From contig JACQXD010000006.1 of the NCBI GenBank assembly GCA_016208875.1, positions 1 to 41,505 on the forward strand: DNA of 41,505 nt. Reading direction: 5' to 3'. How positions within the stretch are numbered: the stretch's first letter is position 1; each line of letters starts with the position of its first letter. The stretch is from Nitrospirota bacterium. Lineage in GTDB: Bacteria; Nitrospirota; Thermodesulfovibrionia; Thermodesulfovibrionales; UBA1546. The notes under the pieces were generated by a model. The model had not been told where the DNA came from. It saw only the letters and a program-made list of their open reading frames with translations, and did no database searches. Shown here in pieces: positions 1-8,223 of this stretch. Position numbers and translations under genes: made by a program.

Positions 1-29
1 CCATAGAGGCTTTTATCAAAAAAAATCAT

Positions 30-320
30 CGATAATACAAATATCAAATTTCAAATTGTAAAATTACCAATTATCATTCCAAATTTAAAATGATAATTTT
101 GTATTGATGAACCTCCCCGCCGCAGAGACGGCGGGGTATCAAAAAAATAAATCGTACTTTGTCATTCTCGCTTGTCGGGAATCCTTCTGACCCCCTCTTT
201 GGCCAAGAGGGGTTAGGGGAGATTTATTGAAAATTTATTTATTCAAAAATCCCCCTTCATCCCCCTTTGCCAAAGGGGGAATATAAGGACACCCCACAGC
301 AGAGACTGTGGGGTATTGAA
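30..320. repeat. AT-rich 7-nt-periodic array (30-110) followed by a mosaic of five GC-rich hairpin modules (111-320)
   Basis: The array reads atatcaa/atttcaa/attgtaa/aattacc/aattatc/attccaa/atttaaa. The hairpins are at 115-136, 161-184, 191-212, 261-279 and 292-313. Confidence 0.8.
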
Positions 321-386
321 AAATTAATAAATTTACATGGATAAGATTTAGAGCCAATCTTAGTAAGAGTTTATGAATAATATTTA

Positions 387-1526
387 CTATTTCAACAACA
401 GTTCTTCTGCGACTGCAACACCTGACCCGAGTTTTACGGGATGTCCCATTCCCCTTAGAACCATCTCAACGCCTGCAACCGCAGTTATGACGTCGAATGT
501 GTCTGCATAGCCGAGGTGTGCAATCCTGAATATCTTGCCCTTTACGTGGTCCTGGCCGCCGGCTGCCGTTATACCGTATTTCTCCCTGAGATTCTTATAT
601 ATTTCCTGTCCGTCGATCCCTGAAGGGGCGCATACCGCCGTCACTGCATTGCTGGGAGATTCCTTCGGAAAAAGTTCAAGACCGATTGCCAGCATCGCCT
701 TTCTCGTTGCATCCGCCAGTCTTTCATGGCGACTGAAAACATTTTCAATGCCCTCTTTCCGGAGCATCTTGATACATTCATTCAGGCCTATTATCAATGT
801 AACGGGAGATGTGAAATTGGTCTGGTTCTTTGCAAGGTTCTCACGCTCTTTTTTAAAGTTAAAATAAAACCTCGGACATTTTGATCTCTCTGCAAATTTC
901 CATGCCTTCTCGCTTATCCCTACAAATGCAAGTCCCGGAGGAAGCATCACACCTTTCTGGGAACCACCTATCATTATATCTATTCCCCATGCATCCATTT
1001 TAAGATCATGGGCAACAAGTGCGGATATCGCATCAACGATGAGGATTGTATTCTCATATTTTTTAACGATTCTTGCAAGTGCTTCGATGTCGTGGTAAAC
1101 ACCGGTTGACGTCTCGGATGCCTGCACAAATATACCTTTAATGGAAGTATCTTTCTTTAATTTCTCCTCTACAATCTCAGATTTGACTGCATAACCCCAT
1201 TCGACAACCATCTCATCGGTATTAAGGCCGTATGCCTTGCATATCTTTGTCCACCTTTCTCCGAATTTGCCGCCGTTTATGGTAATAACTTTATCTCCGG
1301 GGCTAAAGAAATTATTTACTGCACCTACCATTCCGCCAGTACCTGTCGAACATAAAATCAGGACATCGTTTTTCGTCTGATAAAGCCATTGGAGTCCCTT
1401 CTTCGCTGCATCCAGAACAGGTAGAAAATCCGGCGACCTGTGATGTATTATAGGCATTGCCATGGCCAATAATGCTTCCGAAGGTACAGGGGTCGGCCCT
1501 GGTGCTAAAAGGTAACGTTTCAACAT
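387..1526 (-). CDS. Class V PLP-dependent aminotransferase (serine-pyruvate / alanine-glyoxylate aminotransferase type)
   Basis: 379-aa ORF. N-terminus LLAPGPTPVP, an internal SQKG Lys-PLP-type motif and overall length are typical of AGXT/SgaA-like class V aminotransferases. Confidence 0.85.
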   Translation of the reverse strand: MLKRYLLAPGPTPVPSEALLAMAMPIIHHRSPDFLPVLDAAKKGLQWLYQTKNDVLILCSTGTGGMVGAVNNFFSPGDKVITINGGKFGERWTKICKAYGLNTDEMVVEWGYAVKSEIVEEKLKKDTSIKGIFVQASETSTGVYHDIEALARIVKKYENTILIVDAISALVAHDLKMDAWGIDIMIGGSQKGVMLPPGLAFVGISEKAWKFAERSKCPRFYFNFKKERENLAKNQTNFTSPVTLIIGLNECIKMLRKEGIENVFSRHERLADATRKAMLAIGLELFPKESPSNAVTAVCAPSGIDGQEIYKNLREKYGITAAGGQDHVKGKIFRIAHLGYADTFDVITAVAGVEMVLRGMGHPVKLGSGVAVAEELLLK

Positions 1527-1625
1527 GAAAACCTCCTGAGGATTTAAGTGAACCCTTTGAAAAATTAAGATACAGTATATTTTTCAAGCAGGGTACGATA
1601 GTTTATATTTTTGGGAGTGATGTAG

Positions 1626-2501
1626 TCAAGGTTTGGTGATTGACCGCCCCTTATCAATCATCTGAATAAGAGAATCCGCATCCTTATACCCCGGTATAAG
1701 GATGCCGTCAGGGAATATAATTGCAGGAGTTCCTGTAATCCCGAGCTTCTGGGCAAGTTTTATATTTTCGTCGAGTACCGTTGTCTCGCATTTAGGTTTC
1801 GGAATCGGTTTTTTCTCAAAGGCATCCTCAAGGAGCGCAAGGGATTTTTCACAGGCTATCGCCTTCGATTTCTCATACGCATCTTTGTGCATCGGCAGAG
1901 GATACAGTTTAATGTAAAAGGCAATGTCTTTCCTTTTTTCTATAACCTTCTTCATCTCCTGATGAAGTTTGCCGCAGAATGGTCAATCCGGGTCGTCGAA
2001 GACTATAATTTTATGTTTGGCGTCTTTGTCACCCATCACAAGGGCGTCATCGAGAGGTATGCCGGATACGTCAACCCTATTAATATCCTGAAGTCTCTCG
2101 CCCGTAAGGTTTGCTCTGGTCTTTATATTTAATAGGTTGCCGAATATAATATGTTGTTTTGAGAAATCGAGATACCCGATTACCTTCCGAGACTCTGCCT
2201 CAAAGGCAACCTCCCAGAACCCTTTAACGGGACCGGGTCGCACTTCAATGACCTTTACATCGGGGATGGTCATATCTTCCTTTAGCACCTTTAGTGCTTC
2301 GTCTTTAGACAACTGATGACACTTTGCACAATCATGATTTTTCTTCTGTATATGCAACCTCTGTTTTTTCGATACCGCCTTTTTGCCGGCATATACGACA
2401 GAGTTCGTAAGGCATAATAAAAGACCTGTGAAAACAAATAGCGACAAAATTCCACAATTTTGAAATTTGAAATTTGAAATTTGAAATTTCATGTTACGCA
2501 T
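1626..2501 (-). CDS. DsbC-family thiol:disulfide interchange protein, probable selenoprotein (U-P-F-C redox motif)
   Basis: Two same-frame ORFs (1983..2501 and 1626..1955) are separated only by TGA at 1983-1985. Read-through gives ...IIVFDDPD-U-PFCGKLHQEMKK..., so the TGA sits where the first Cys of the thioredoxin-fold CxxC belongs. The downstream half aligns to E. coli DsbC (C..C.KLH.QM ... GTPAIIFPDGILIPGY). An N-terminal signal peptide ends at VYA/GKK. Confidence 0.8.
1950..1967 (-). promoter_or_regulatory. Candidate bacterial SECIS hairpin downstream of the in-frame UGA
   Basis: On the minus strand the sequence is UGA + 15 nt, then CUUCAUC-AGGA-GAUGAAG. This is a perfect 7-bp stem with a G-containing apical loop starting about 22 nt after the UGA, within the spacing range described for bacterial SECIS elements. 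Confidence 0.5.
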
Positions 2502-2668
2502 GGTATAAAGTATAGCATATTTATTTTCGATAGTGGTAGGATTTTTTCATGTCTAAATTTTTTGCATTTGTCGCAAATCTCCAATCCTGCCTTATTTTCC
2601 GGTGTCTTTTATTTTCATATTAAACATGTTAGTATAATTGCACTGACATTTTAAAGGAGGTGGGCTGT

Positions 2669-2920
2669 ATGAAATTTGTTAATATCCGCGAGTTCAGTTC
2701 CTCTGCGACAAGGCTTCTCAGGGATGACGTTGAAAAAGGAGAAAGGGTCATAATCACCCGGCGCGGTAAACCCGTTGGTCTGATGCTTTCTTTTAAAGAT
2801 AAGGCAGCTATTGCCGATGCATTGCTTGAGGAAGCGGGAACCCTGCTTAGAGACATCGGGATAAAAGAGCGAGATGTCCTGAGAACTCTCGAAAAGGTGA
2901 GAGAGAAAATCTATGCCTAA
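2669..2920 (+). CDS. Type II antitoxin, Phd/YefM (prevent-host-death) family
   Basis: MKFVNIREFSSSATRLLRDDVEKGERVIITRRGKPVGLMLS matches the Phd/YefM N-terminal pattern. GGAGG lies 8 nt upstream of the ATG at 2669. The gene overlaps the downstream PIN gene by 8 nt. Confidence 0.7.
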   Translation: MKFVNIREFSSSATRLLRDDVEKGERVIITRRGKPVGLMLSFKDKAAIADALLEEAGTLLRDIGIKERDVLRTLEKVREKIYA

Positions 2921-3335
2921 GGTTGTGATAGATGCAAACGTTATTGTATCGGCATTATTTGGAGGCATACCGAGAAAGGCTTTTCTGACTGCAATGAGGA
3001 CATGCGATATTTATGTTTCTCGCGACATTAAGCTGGAGTTGTTTACTCTTGTGAACGAACTTGAGGATAAACTTGACGGCATTAAACTCAGGCGTCTTCG
3101 CTCTATAATTTCGAGCCTGCTTTCTGATTCAAAAGAGGTTGTCCCTATGAAAAGAATAGAGATCTCACGGGATAAAAAAGATAATGCCTATTTGAATCTC
3201 TGCCTCAGAGTAAAGGCCGATTTTCTCCTGACCGGGGACAAGGATCTCCTTGAAATTCCTGTACAGGAATTGAAATCCCGTGGTATGAACAGGCTTAAAA
3301 TAGTCTCTCCGAAAATGTTTCTGTCGTCTGTCTAA
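2913..3335 (+). CDS. PIN-domain toxin (putative toxin-antitoxin system toxin component, PIN family)
   Basis: 140 aa. The N-terminus VVIDANVIVSALFGG and C-terminal region FLLTGDKDLL are typical of the TIGR00305-type PIN family. The gene is coupled to the upstream antitoxin. Confidence 0.8.
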   Translation: MPKVVIDANVIVSALFGGIPRKAFLTAMRTCDIYVSRDIKLELFTLVNELEDKLDGIKLRRLRSIISSLLSDSKEVVPMKRIEISRDKKDNAYLNLCLRVKADFLLTGDKDLLEIPVQELKSRGMNRLKIVSPKMFLSSV

Positions 3336-3448
3336 AGTTATGAATCTATTTTCTCGCCCATTGTTGCCTAATTGAATCTTTTGAATTGTTCCATTGATTT
3401 TAAATAAATGAGAAACCCTGAGGAAAATTTAAAGGTAATTCGGAGGTA

Positions 3449-4009
3449 TCAAAGCCTGCGGACAATATCCAGTATCATCTCTGCAGTAGTCTTCTTGCAT
3501 CTTCCGCTAAATCCAAGTTTCTCTCTTACCTCTTTTTCGAGCATTGCAATATCGAAGTAAAATCCGGTACGCTTGATCTTACAGGTTTTTTCCATGTCCG
3601 TCTTTTCAGTAATAAACCTGTAACATCCTTCACCATATTCCAGCCGCATATTTCTAAAAAGTTCATACGGTACTCCATGAATCCTGCATATCATAGGGCG
3701 ATATTCATACAAGATACAAAGCCCGGTTTCATTAAGCGGGCACATAACCCTTACGTCTTCTGCAGAGGAATTGTGTATTCCTACAACATCCTTTGCCCGA
3801 TCAATAATAGCTCTCTTTTTATCTTCGTCAAGCTTTCTAAATCCTTCTGCAAGGTAATATTCCTCTATCAAGGTATGGTGGTGAAACTTTGTGACGCAGC
3901 AATTATCGGTGCAGTCATTACAGGTGAAATTATAATATCTTAGTGCTTCGTTATAAGCAGCGTCTATCGCCTTATAAATTCCGGCAAGTCTTTGGAGATA
4001 CTTATCCAT
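3449..4009 (-). CDS. YkgJ-family cysteine-cluster protein (CxxCxxCC zinc/iron-chelating domain)
   Basis: 186 aa with [15 protein letters not shown] (CxxCxxxCC cluster) plus later Cys residues. It overlaps the 3' end of rdgB by 8 nt, which suggests an operon. Confidence 0.65.
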   Translation of the reverse strand: MDKYLQRLAGIYKAIDAAYNEALRYYNFTCNDCTDNCCVTKFHHHTLIEEYYLAEGFRKLDEDKKRAIIDRAKDVVGIHNSSAEDVRVMCPLNETGLCILYEYRPMICRIHGVPYELFRNMRLEYGEGCYRFITEKTDMEKTCKIKRTGFYFDIAMLEKEVREKLGFSGRCKKTTAEMILDIVRRL

Positions 4010-4586
4010 ATGTTTTCAGGAATTGATGCAGTTTTCTCAATGCTGTACCCCGATGGCTAAGGGCGTCCTTTTCTTCATCACCTATTTCTGCAAATGTCCT
4101 GTTATACCCTTCAGGATAAAAAACAGGATCATAGCCGAACCCATTCGACCCCTTTGGCTTTTCCCCGATCCTGCCTTCGCAGTATCCCATAAATGTCTTT
4201 ATCTCACCGTGAGGGAAGGCCAGTGTAATACAGCAGACAAAACGTGCTGTGCGATCTTCCTTATTAATCATTTCACGTAAAAGCTTTTCTACATTCTTCC
4301 TGTCATCCGCTTCTTCCCCTGCATAGCGGGCGGATAAAACTCCAGGTGCTTTATTCAGAGCATCAACCTCGAGTCCGGAATCATCGGACAGTGCGGGCAT
4401 TCCGGCATGCTTTGACACTGCAATAGCCTTCTTAACGGCATTTTCTTCAAAGGTCTTGCCGTCCTCGATAACCTCCGGGCAATCCGGGAAGTCATCGAGG
4501 GTATAAATTGTAATCGGCATGCCTTCAACGATACGCCTTATTTCTTCGATCTTTTTCTTGTTTCTCGTTGCAAGGACAATTTTCAT
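4002..4586 (-). CDS. rdgB: RdgB/HAM1 non-canonical purine NTP pyrophosphatase (dITP/XTP pyrophosphatase)
   Basis: 194 aa. [15 protein letters not shown]..., [18 protein letters not shown] and SHRG are hallmark motifs of RdgB. Confidence 0.9.
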   Translation of the reverse strand: MKIVLATRNKKKIEEIRRIVEGMPITIYTLDDFPDCPEVIEDGKTFEENAVKKAIAVSKHAGMPALSDDSGLEVDALNKAPGVLSARYAGEEADDRKNVEKLLREMINKEDRTARFVCCITLAFPHGEIKTFMGYCEGRIGEKPKGSNGFGYDPVFYPEGYNRTFAEIGDEEKDALSHRGTALRKLHQFLKTYG

Positions 4587-4599
4587 TATTGATGGAAAA

Positions 4600-5328
4600 T
4601 TATGATGTCCCTTTTCTTTTCCCCCATTTTATTATCTCCTCCACCATTGCCTCGATGGTTGCATTAATCGGCATTATATGAACCTTAAGCCCTGCTTTCT
4701 CGACTGCCCTGGCAGTTACAGGACCGATAACTGCGATTGCTACATCCTCAAGCAGATCATCGGCATCCTCTCCGATCATCTCTCTGAAGTTATTGAATGT
4801 TGCAGCACTCGTAAATGTTGCTACGGATATCCGCCCTTCTTTTAAAAATCTTTTTAACCTCTTCCCATGCTTCTCAGGTTTAATTGCACGATAGGCAACA
4901 GGGACGTCAATCTCTCCTCCGAGTTCTCTGACCTTTTCAGGAAATATCTCCCTCGCCTTTTCAGCCCGGGGCAATAGAAATCTCATTCCTTTGAAAATAT
5001 CCGGATTCGAGGTTTGCGAGATTGATTCATGATGCACGATACATGATACATGATTTTTTTTATCCTGAATCCTGTATCCTGAATCCTGTATCCTGTTTTT
5101 TATAAACGCTTCTATCAGTCCTTCCGCATTGAATTCATCGGGCATTAAGTCTACTTTCATACCATATTTTCTAATCTCCGCCCCTGTCTTTGACCCGATT
5201 GCGCAGACCTTTATCCCCTTCAAATCCCTGATATCTTTATCCCTTTCGATGAACCTCTTCATGAAAAACTTAACACGAAGAATACAATCTATGTGTAATC
5301 GGTATCCCTGCGTAGGCAGGTGCTGCAA
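4600..5328 (-). pseudogene. hemD: Uroporphyrinogen-III synthase (HemD) domain lacking about the first 70 residues; 3' part of a disrupted cobA-hemD fusion
   Basis: FFMKRFIERDKDIRDLKGIKVCAIGSKTGAEIRKYGMKVDLMPDEFNAEGLIEAF ... RFLLPRAEKAREIFPEKVRELGGEIDVPVAYR matches HemD from its first-domain return strand onward. No HemD N-terminus is present. It contains a 25-aa insert encoded by heptamer repeats. Confidence 0.55.
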
Positions 5329-5755
5329 CTGCAGAGCTTACACCTGGAACGACCTCAAACTCGATATCTTCTTTAGCAAGAGCTTCTGCCTCTTCGCCGC
5401 CCCTTCCGAATACAAACGGATCGCCGCCTTTTAACCTGCATACGGTTTTTCCCTCCGTAGCCTTTTCGACAAGGACACTATTAATCTCATCCTGTGTCAT
5501 GGTATGATGACCTCCCCGCTTGCCCGCGTATATAAACTCTGCATCGTGGCTAATGTAATTTAAGACCTGTGCATTCAGATGGAAGTCATAGATAACGACG
5601 TCCGCTTTCTGGAGACATTTCAACCCCTTCACGGTAATCAGACCAATATCGCCCGGTCCGGCGCCAACAAGATATACCTTGCCCTTTTTATTCTTCACGG
5701 TAGACAATCCTACGGTTTCCAGAACTCCTCGAACTTCCCGTCCTTTGTAGTCCAC
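5270..5755 (-). pseudogene. cobA: Uroporphyrinogen-III C-methyltransferase (CobA/SUMT) N-terminal half only; 5' part of a disrupted cobA-hemD fusion
   Basis: [19 protein letters not shown]...[15 protein letters not shown]...[22 protein letters not shown] is the first half of a SUMT domain. The frame stops 7 codons after THR, and the rest of the methylase domain is absent. An alternative GTG start at 5698 would avoid the overlap with the upstream gene. Confidence 0.55.
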
Positions 5756-6819
5756 ACGACATAAGGAGCTACGGTCACATCACCTTTTTTATCGAACTTT
5801 ATTTTACCGAGTGCTCCACCGAATTCCATTGAGTGAAGTTTTTCAATAACGGCTTTCCCATTAGTTGTAGCGGCTTCCTTTATGGCCGAAAGCATGATAT
5901 TAGTTGCATCATACGCATATATGGAATAAGGTCCTATCTCCTCGAACTTCTTTTCATAATCCTCTACGAATTTCTTTGCCGTTGAAATCTTTTTTGCATC
6001 AGGGCTAAAGGTAAGATATGTCCCTTCTGCCGCCTTTGCCCCTGCAATCTCTATAAACTTGGGATCTATGGTGCCGTCACCGCTCATAAATGGTATGTCG
6101 AGTCCTAGTTCCCTCGCCTGTTTTACAAGCAAGCCTGCCTCGGGATATATTCCTCCGAAGTAAATTAGTTCCGGCTTCTTTTCTTTAATCGAGGTTAGAA
6201 CGGTCTTGAAATCTTTGTCTCCCTGGATAATGCCGCTGTAATAAACAATATCAATATTTTTTTTGACGAACTTTTTAAATTCATCGGCAAGCCCCTGGCC
6301 GTATGTTGTCTTATCATGTATTACTGCTATCTTTTTCAGCTTCAGGTTATTTATTACGAATTCGGCCCCTACCTTGCCCTGTTGATCATCCCTTCCGCAT
6401 ACCCTAAAAACACCACTGTATCCTTTTTCCGTAAGCTGGGGATTTGTTGAGGCCGGGGTTATCATCGGAATACCTGCACGGTTATAAACATCAGACGCAG
6501 GTATTGAGCAGCTTGAATTGAAATGCCCGATTACGCCTGCTGCACCTGCATTTACCAGTTTATTCGCCACGGAAACCGCCTGTTTCGGGTCATGCTGGTC
6601 ATCCTCTACCAGTGCAATGATCTTTTTGCCGAGCACGCCGCCCTTCGAATTCCATTCTTCAACTGCGAGTGTGATGCCGTTCTTGAAATCCGTTCCCATC
6701 TTTGCCTGGTCCCCGGTCATAGGGCCTGCCACACCGATCTTAATTGCATCCTCCTTCTTCTGACAGCCTGAAAATATCAGTGCAGACACTACTAATGAAA
6801 ATAAGATTAACTTTTCCAT
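5710..6819 (-). CDS. ABC transporter substrate-binding lipoprotein, branched-chain amino acid (LivJ/LivK) family
   Basis: 369 aa. It has a lipobox (LIFSGC) and [14 protein letters not shown]..., typical of the type I periplasmic binding fold of the Leu/Ile/Val-binding family. Confidence 0.85.
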   Translation of the reverse strand: MEKLILFSLVVSALIFSGCQKKEDAIKIGVAGPMTGDQAKMGTDFKNGITLAVEEWNSKGGVLGKKIIALVEDDQHDPKQAVSVANKLVNAGAAGVIGHFNSSCSIPASDVYNRAGIPMITPASTNPQLTEKGYSGVFRVCGRDDQQGKVGAEFVINNLKLKKIAVIHDKTTYGQGLADEFKKFVKKNIDIVYYSGIIQGDKDFKTVLTSIKEKKPELIYFGGIYPEAGLLVKQARELGLDIPFMSGDGTIDPKFIEIAGAKAAEGTYLTFSPDAKKISTAKKFVEDYEKKFEEIGPYSIYAYDATNIMLSAIKEAATTNGKAVIEKLHSMEFGGALGKIKFDKKGDVTVAPYVVWTTKDGKFEEFWKP

Positions 6820-6914
6820 TTATCGGATAACCTCCAGAAATTTTTTACTTTTCAGGTAATTTTACAGGAGCATAGACGATTTTTACAAGAGATACATTTA
6901 TTGACGGGTCATAC

Positions 6915-7127
6915 TTATGATTGGCATTTACCCCGGCAACTGCACGCAATATTGTCTTTTGCTTTTTCGAAGGCCTCCCGTCCTTCTCTGTAAGAAATAA
7001 TAGCTATCCCTACCGCACCGAGTGAATCCAGCATGCCTATACCCGTAAGTTCATAGCCGACGCTTGCAATAAGAAGGACTATAGATAGATAAATACAAGT
7101 CTTTGTGCATTGAGCATCGCATATCAT
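6915..7127 (-). CDS. Small Cys-rich two-TM membrane protein downstream of feoA (function unknown)
   Basis: A 70-aa reading from ATG 7127 is preceded by GGAGG at 7-nt spacing. It has two hydrophobic helices and a C-terminal CSCRGKC. The longer ORF-track start (7178) lies inside a repeat array and lacks an RBS. Confidence 0.45.
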   Translation of the reverse strand: MICDAQCTKTCIYLSIVLLIASVGYELTGIGMLDSLGAVGIAIISYREGREAFEKAKDNIACSCRGKCQS

Positions 7128-7140
7128 TTTAAGACCTCCA

Positions 7141-7205
7141 AAAAGCGTCAAAGTATCAAAGTTCAAAGACTCTGACACTCTGATACTGTGATACTTTGAT
7201 ACTTC
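7141..7205. repeat. Heptamer-periodic imperfect palindrome (GTATCAAAG ... CTTTGATAC)
   Basis: tcaaagtatcaaagttcaaag...ctgtgatactttgatac lies between feoA and the small membrane protein gene. Confidence 0.8.
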
Positions 7206-7458
7206 ACTGTCTTTTCACCATTATCTTCATTGCCATGCCTCTGCTCAGGGCAATCCTCGATTCATCCACTTTTAAAAGGATAGGACCACGTCCTTCGTTG
7301 TTAAGCATCTCAACCAATTTACCGATTCGCAATCCCATATCCTCTGCATGGCATAAATGATTTTTTCCGGTTCGATGACCGTAATCAACCTGTCCCTTTA
7401 TCTCTACAATCTCAGCCTTTTCACCTCTGCTTAAAAGCCCGAGCGGTGCCATAGCCAT
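7204..7458 (-). CDS. feoA: FeoA-family protein (ferrous iron transport protein A domain)
   Basis: 84 aa. L..G..A.IVEI ... MGLRIGKLVEML..... PILLKVDESRIALSRGMAMKIMV fits the FeoA SH3-like domain. GAGG lies 11 nt upstream of the start. Confidence 0.8.
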   Translation of the reverse strand: MAMAPLGLLSRGEKAEIVEIKGQVDYGHRTGKNHLCHAEDMGLRIGKLVEMLNNEGRGPILLKVDESRIALSRGMAMKIMVKRQ

Positions 7459-7544
7459 ACTCGCTGTTTACCTCAATCTGGAACTTTCCCTTCCCCTGCG
7501 TACCCGTGTCGTCCGTGATCAAAGGATGAGCGGCATGAGAGACG

Positions 7545-7586
7545 GTGAATAGTGAAAAGTGAATAGTGAAAAGTGAATAGTGAATA
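7545..7586. repeat. Six tandem heptamers (GTGAATA/GTGAAAA) in the feoA leader
   Basis: Read directly from the sequence: gtgaata gtgaaaa gtgaata gtgaaaa gtgaata gtgaata. Confidence 0.9.
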
Positions 7587-7668
7587 GCAGAGAAAACGCA
7601 AGAACCCTCACCCTTAACCCTTTTACTTTGAATCTTAGACCCTGAAACTTCATTGCTTCCTCCTTTAC

Positions 7669-7687
7669 AATATTGATATTCATTATC
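7669..7687. promoter_or_regulatory. Fur box upstream of feoA
   Basis: AATATTGATATTCATTATC matches the 19-bp consensus GATAATGATAATCATTATC at 16/19 positions. It lies about 210 nt upstream of feoA. Confidence 0.5.
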
Positions 7688-7705
7688 AATTAATGAACAA
7701 AAAAA

Positions 7706-8137
7706 TTATCTACACTTCTTACACAGACCGTATATCTCTAATTTATGTCTTTGAGCAACAAAATCATTTGCCTCTGAAAGTTTTTCCTGAAGTCTTTCGA
7801 TCTTGTCGTCATGGACCTCAATGAATCTACCGCACTTCAGGCAGATAAGATGATCATGATGCTCATGGCCGTATTTTTGCTCGAACCTTGTCTTGTTAGA
7901 GCCTACCTTAATCTCATCGGCCAGACCACATTCGCACATCAATTTTAAATTACGATGTACCGTTGCATACCCTATGGCCTGATCCGTCTTTTTTAAGATA
8001 TTGTAGAGGTCGTCTACAGTAATATGTTTACCTGCCGACAGGAATGCATCGAGAATCTCTTCTCTCTGTTTCGTATTTCTCAATCCCTTATCCTTTATGT
8101 AAGCGAAGAATATTTCTCTCGCCTTACCTGCACCCAA
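7706..8137 (-). CDS. fur: Fur-family transcriptional regulator
   Basis: 143 aa with a winged-helix N-terminus, HEHHDHLICLKCG and CKKC metal sites. The TTG start at 8137 is preceded by GGAGG at 6-nt spacing. Confidence 0.85.
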   Translation of the reverse strand: MGAGKAREIFFAYIKDKGLRNTKQREEILDAFLSAGKHITVDDLYNILKKTDQAIGYATVHRNLKLMCECGLADEIKVGSNKTRFEQKYGHEHHDHLICLKCGRFIEVHDDKIERLQEKLSEANDFVAQRHKLEIYGLCKKCR

Positions 8138-8156
8138 TGCAGACCTCCATATATTT

Positions 8157-8175
8157 GATGTTGATAATTAATATC
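8157..8175. promoter_or_regulatory. Fur box in the fur promoter/leader (autoregulation)
   Basis: GATGTTGATAATTAATATC matches the Fur consensus at 15/19 positions. It lies 20-38 nt upstream of the fur start. Confidence 0.45.
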
Positions 8176-8223
8176 AATACCATAAAGATATGACTCCTGT
8201 CAAGTCTTTTTTGCAGTTGTGTC

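Noticed and set aside
1983-1985. TGA between the two DsbC half-ORFs read as a simple nonsense mutation or pseudogene.
   Set aside because: The stop falls exactly on the first Cys of the CxxC motif. The downstream 109 codons remain intact and DsbC-like, and a stable hairpin follows at SECIS-compatible spacing. Sec recoding is therefore the better explanation, though it remains unproven without the sel genes.
2620-2640. A sigma70 promoter for the Phd/PIN pair, based on TATAAT at about 2632-2637.
   Set aside because: A good -10 hexamer exists, but I could not find a -35 element at acceptable spacing. It is not reported as a feature.
7128-7178. N-terminal extension (MSESLNFDTLTLFGGLK) of the small membrane protein.
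   Set aside because: The extension is encoded by the heptamer palindrome. The internal ATG at 7127 has a perfect GGAGG at 7-nt spacing.
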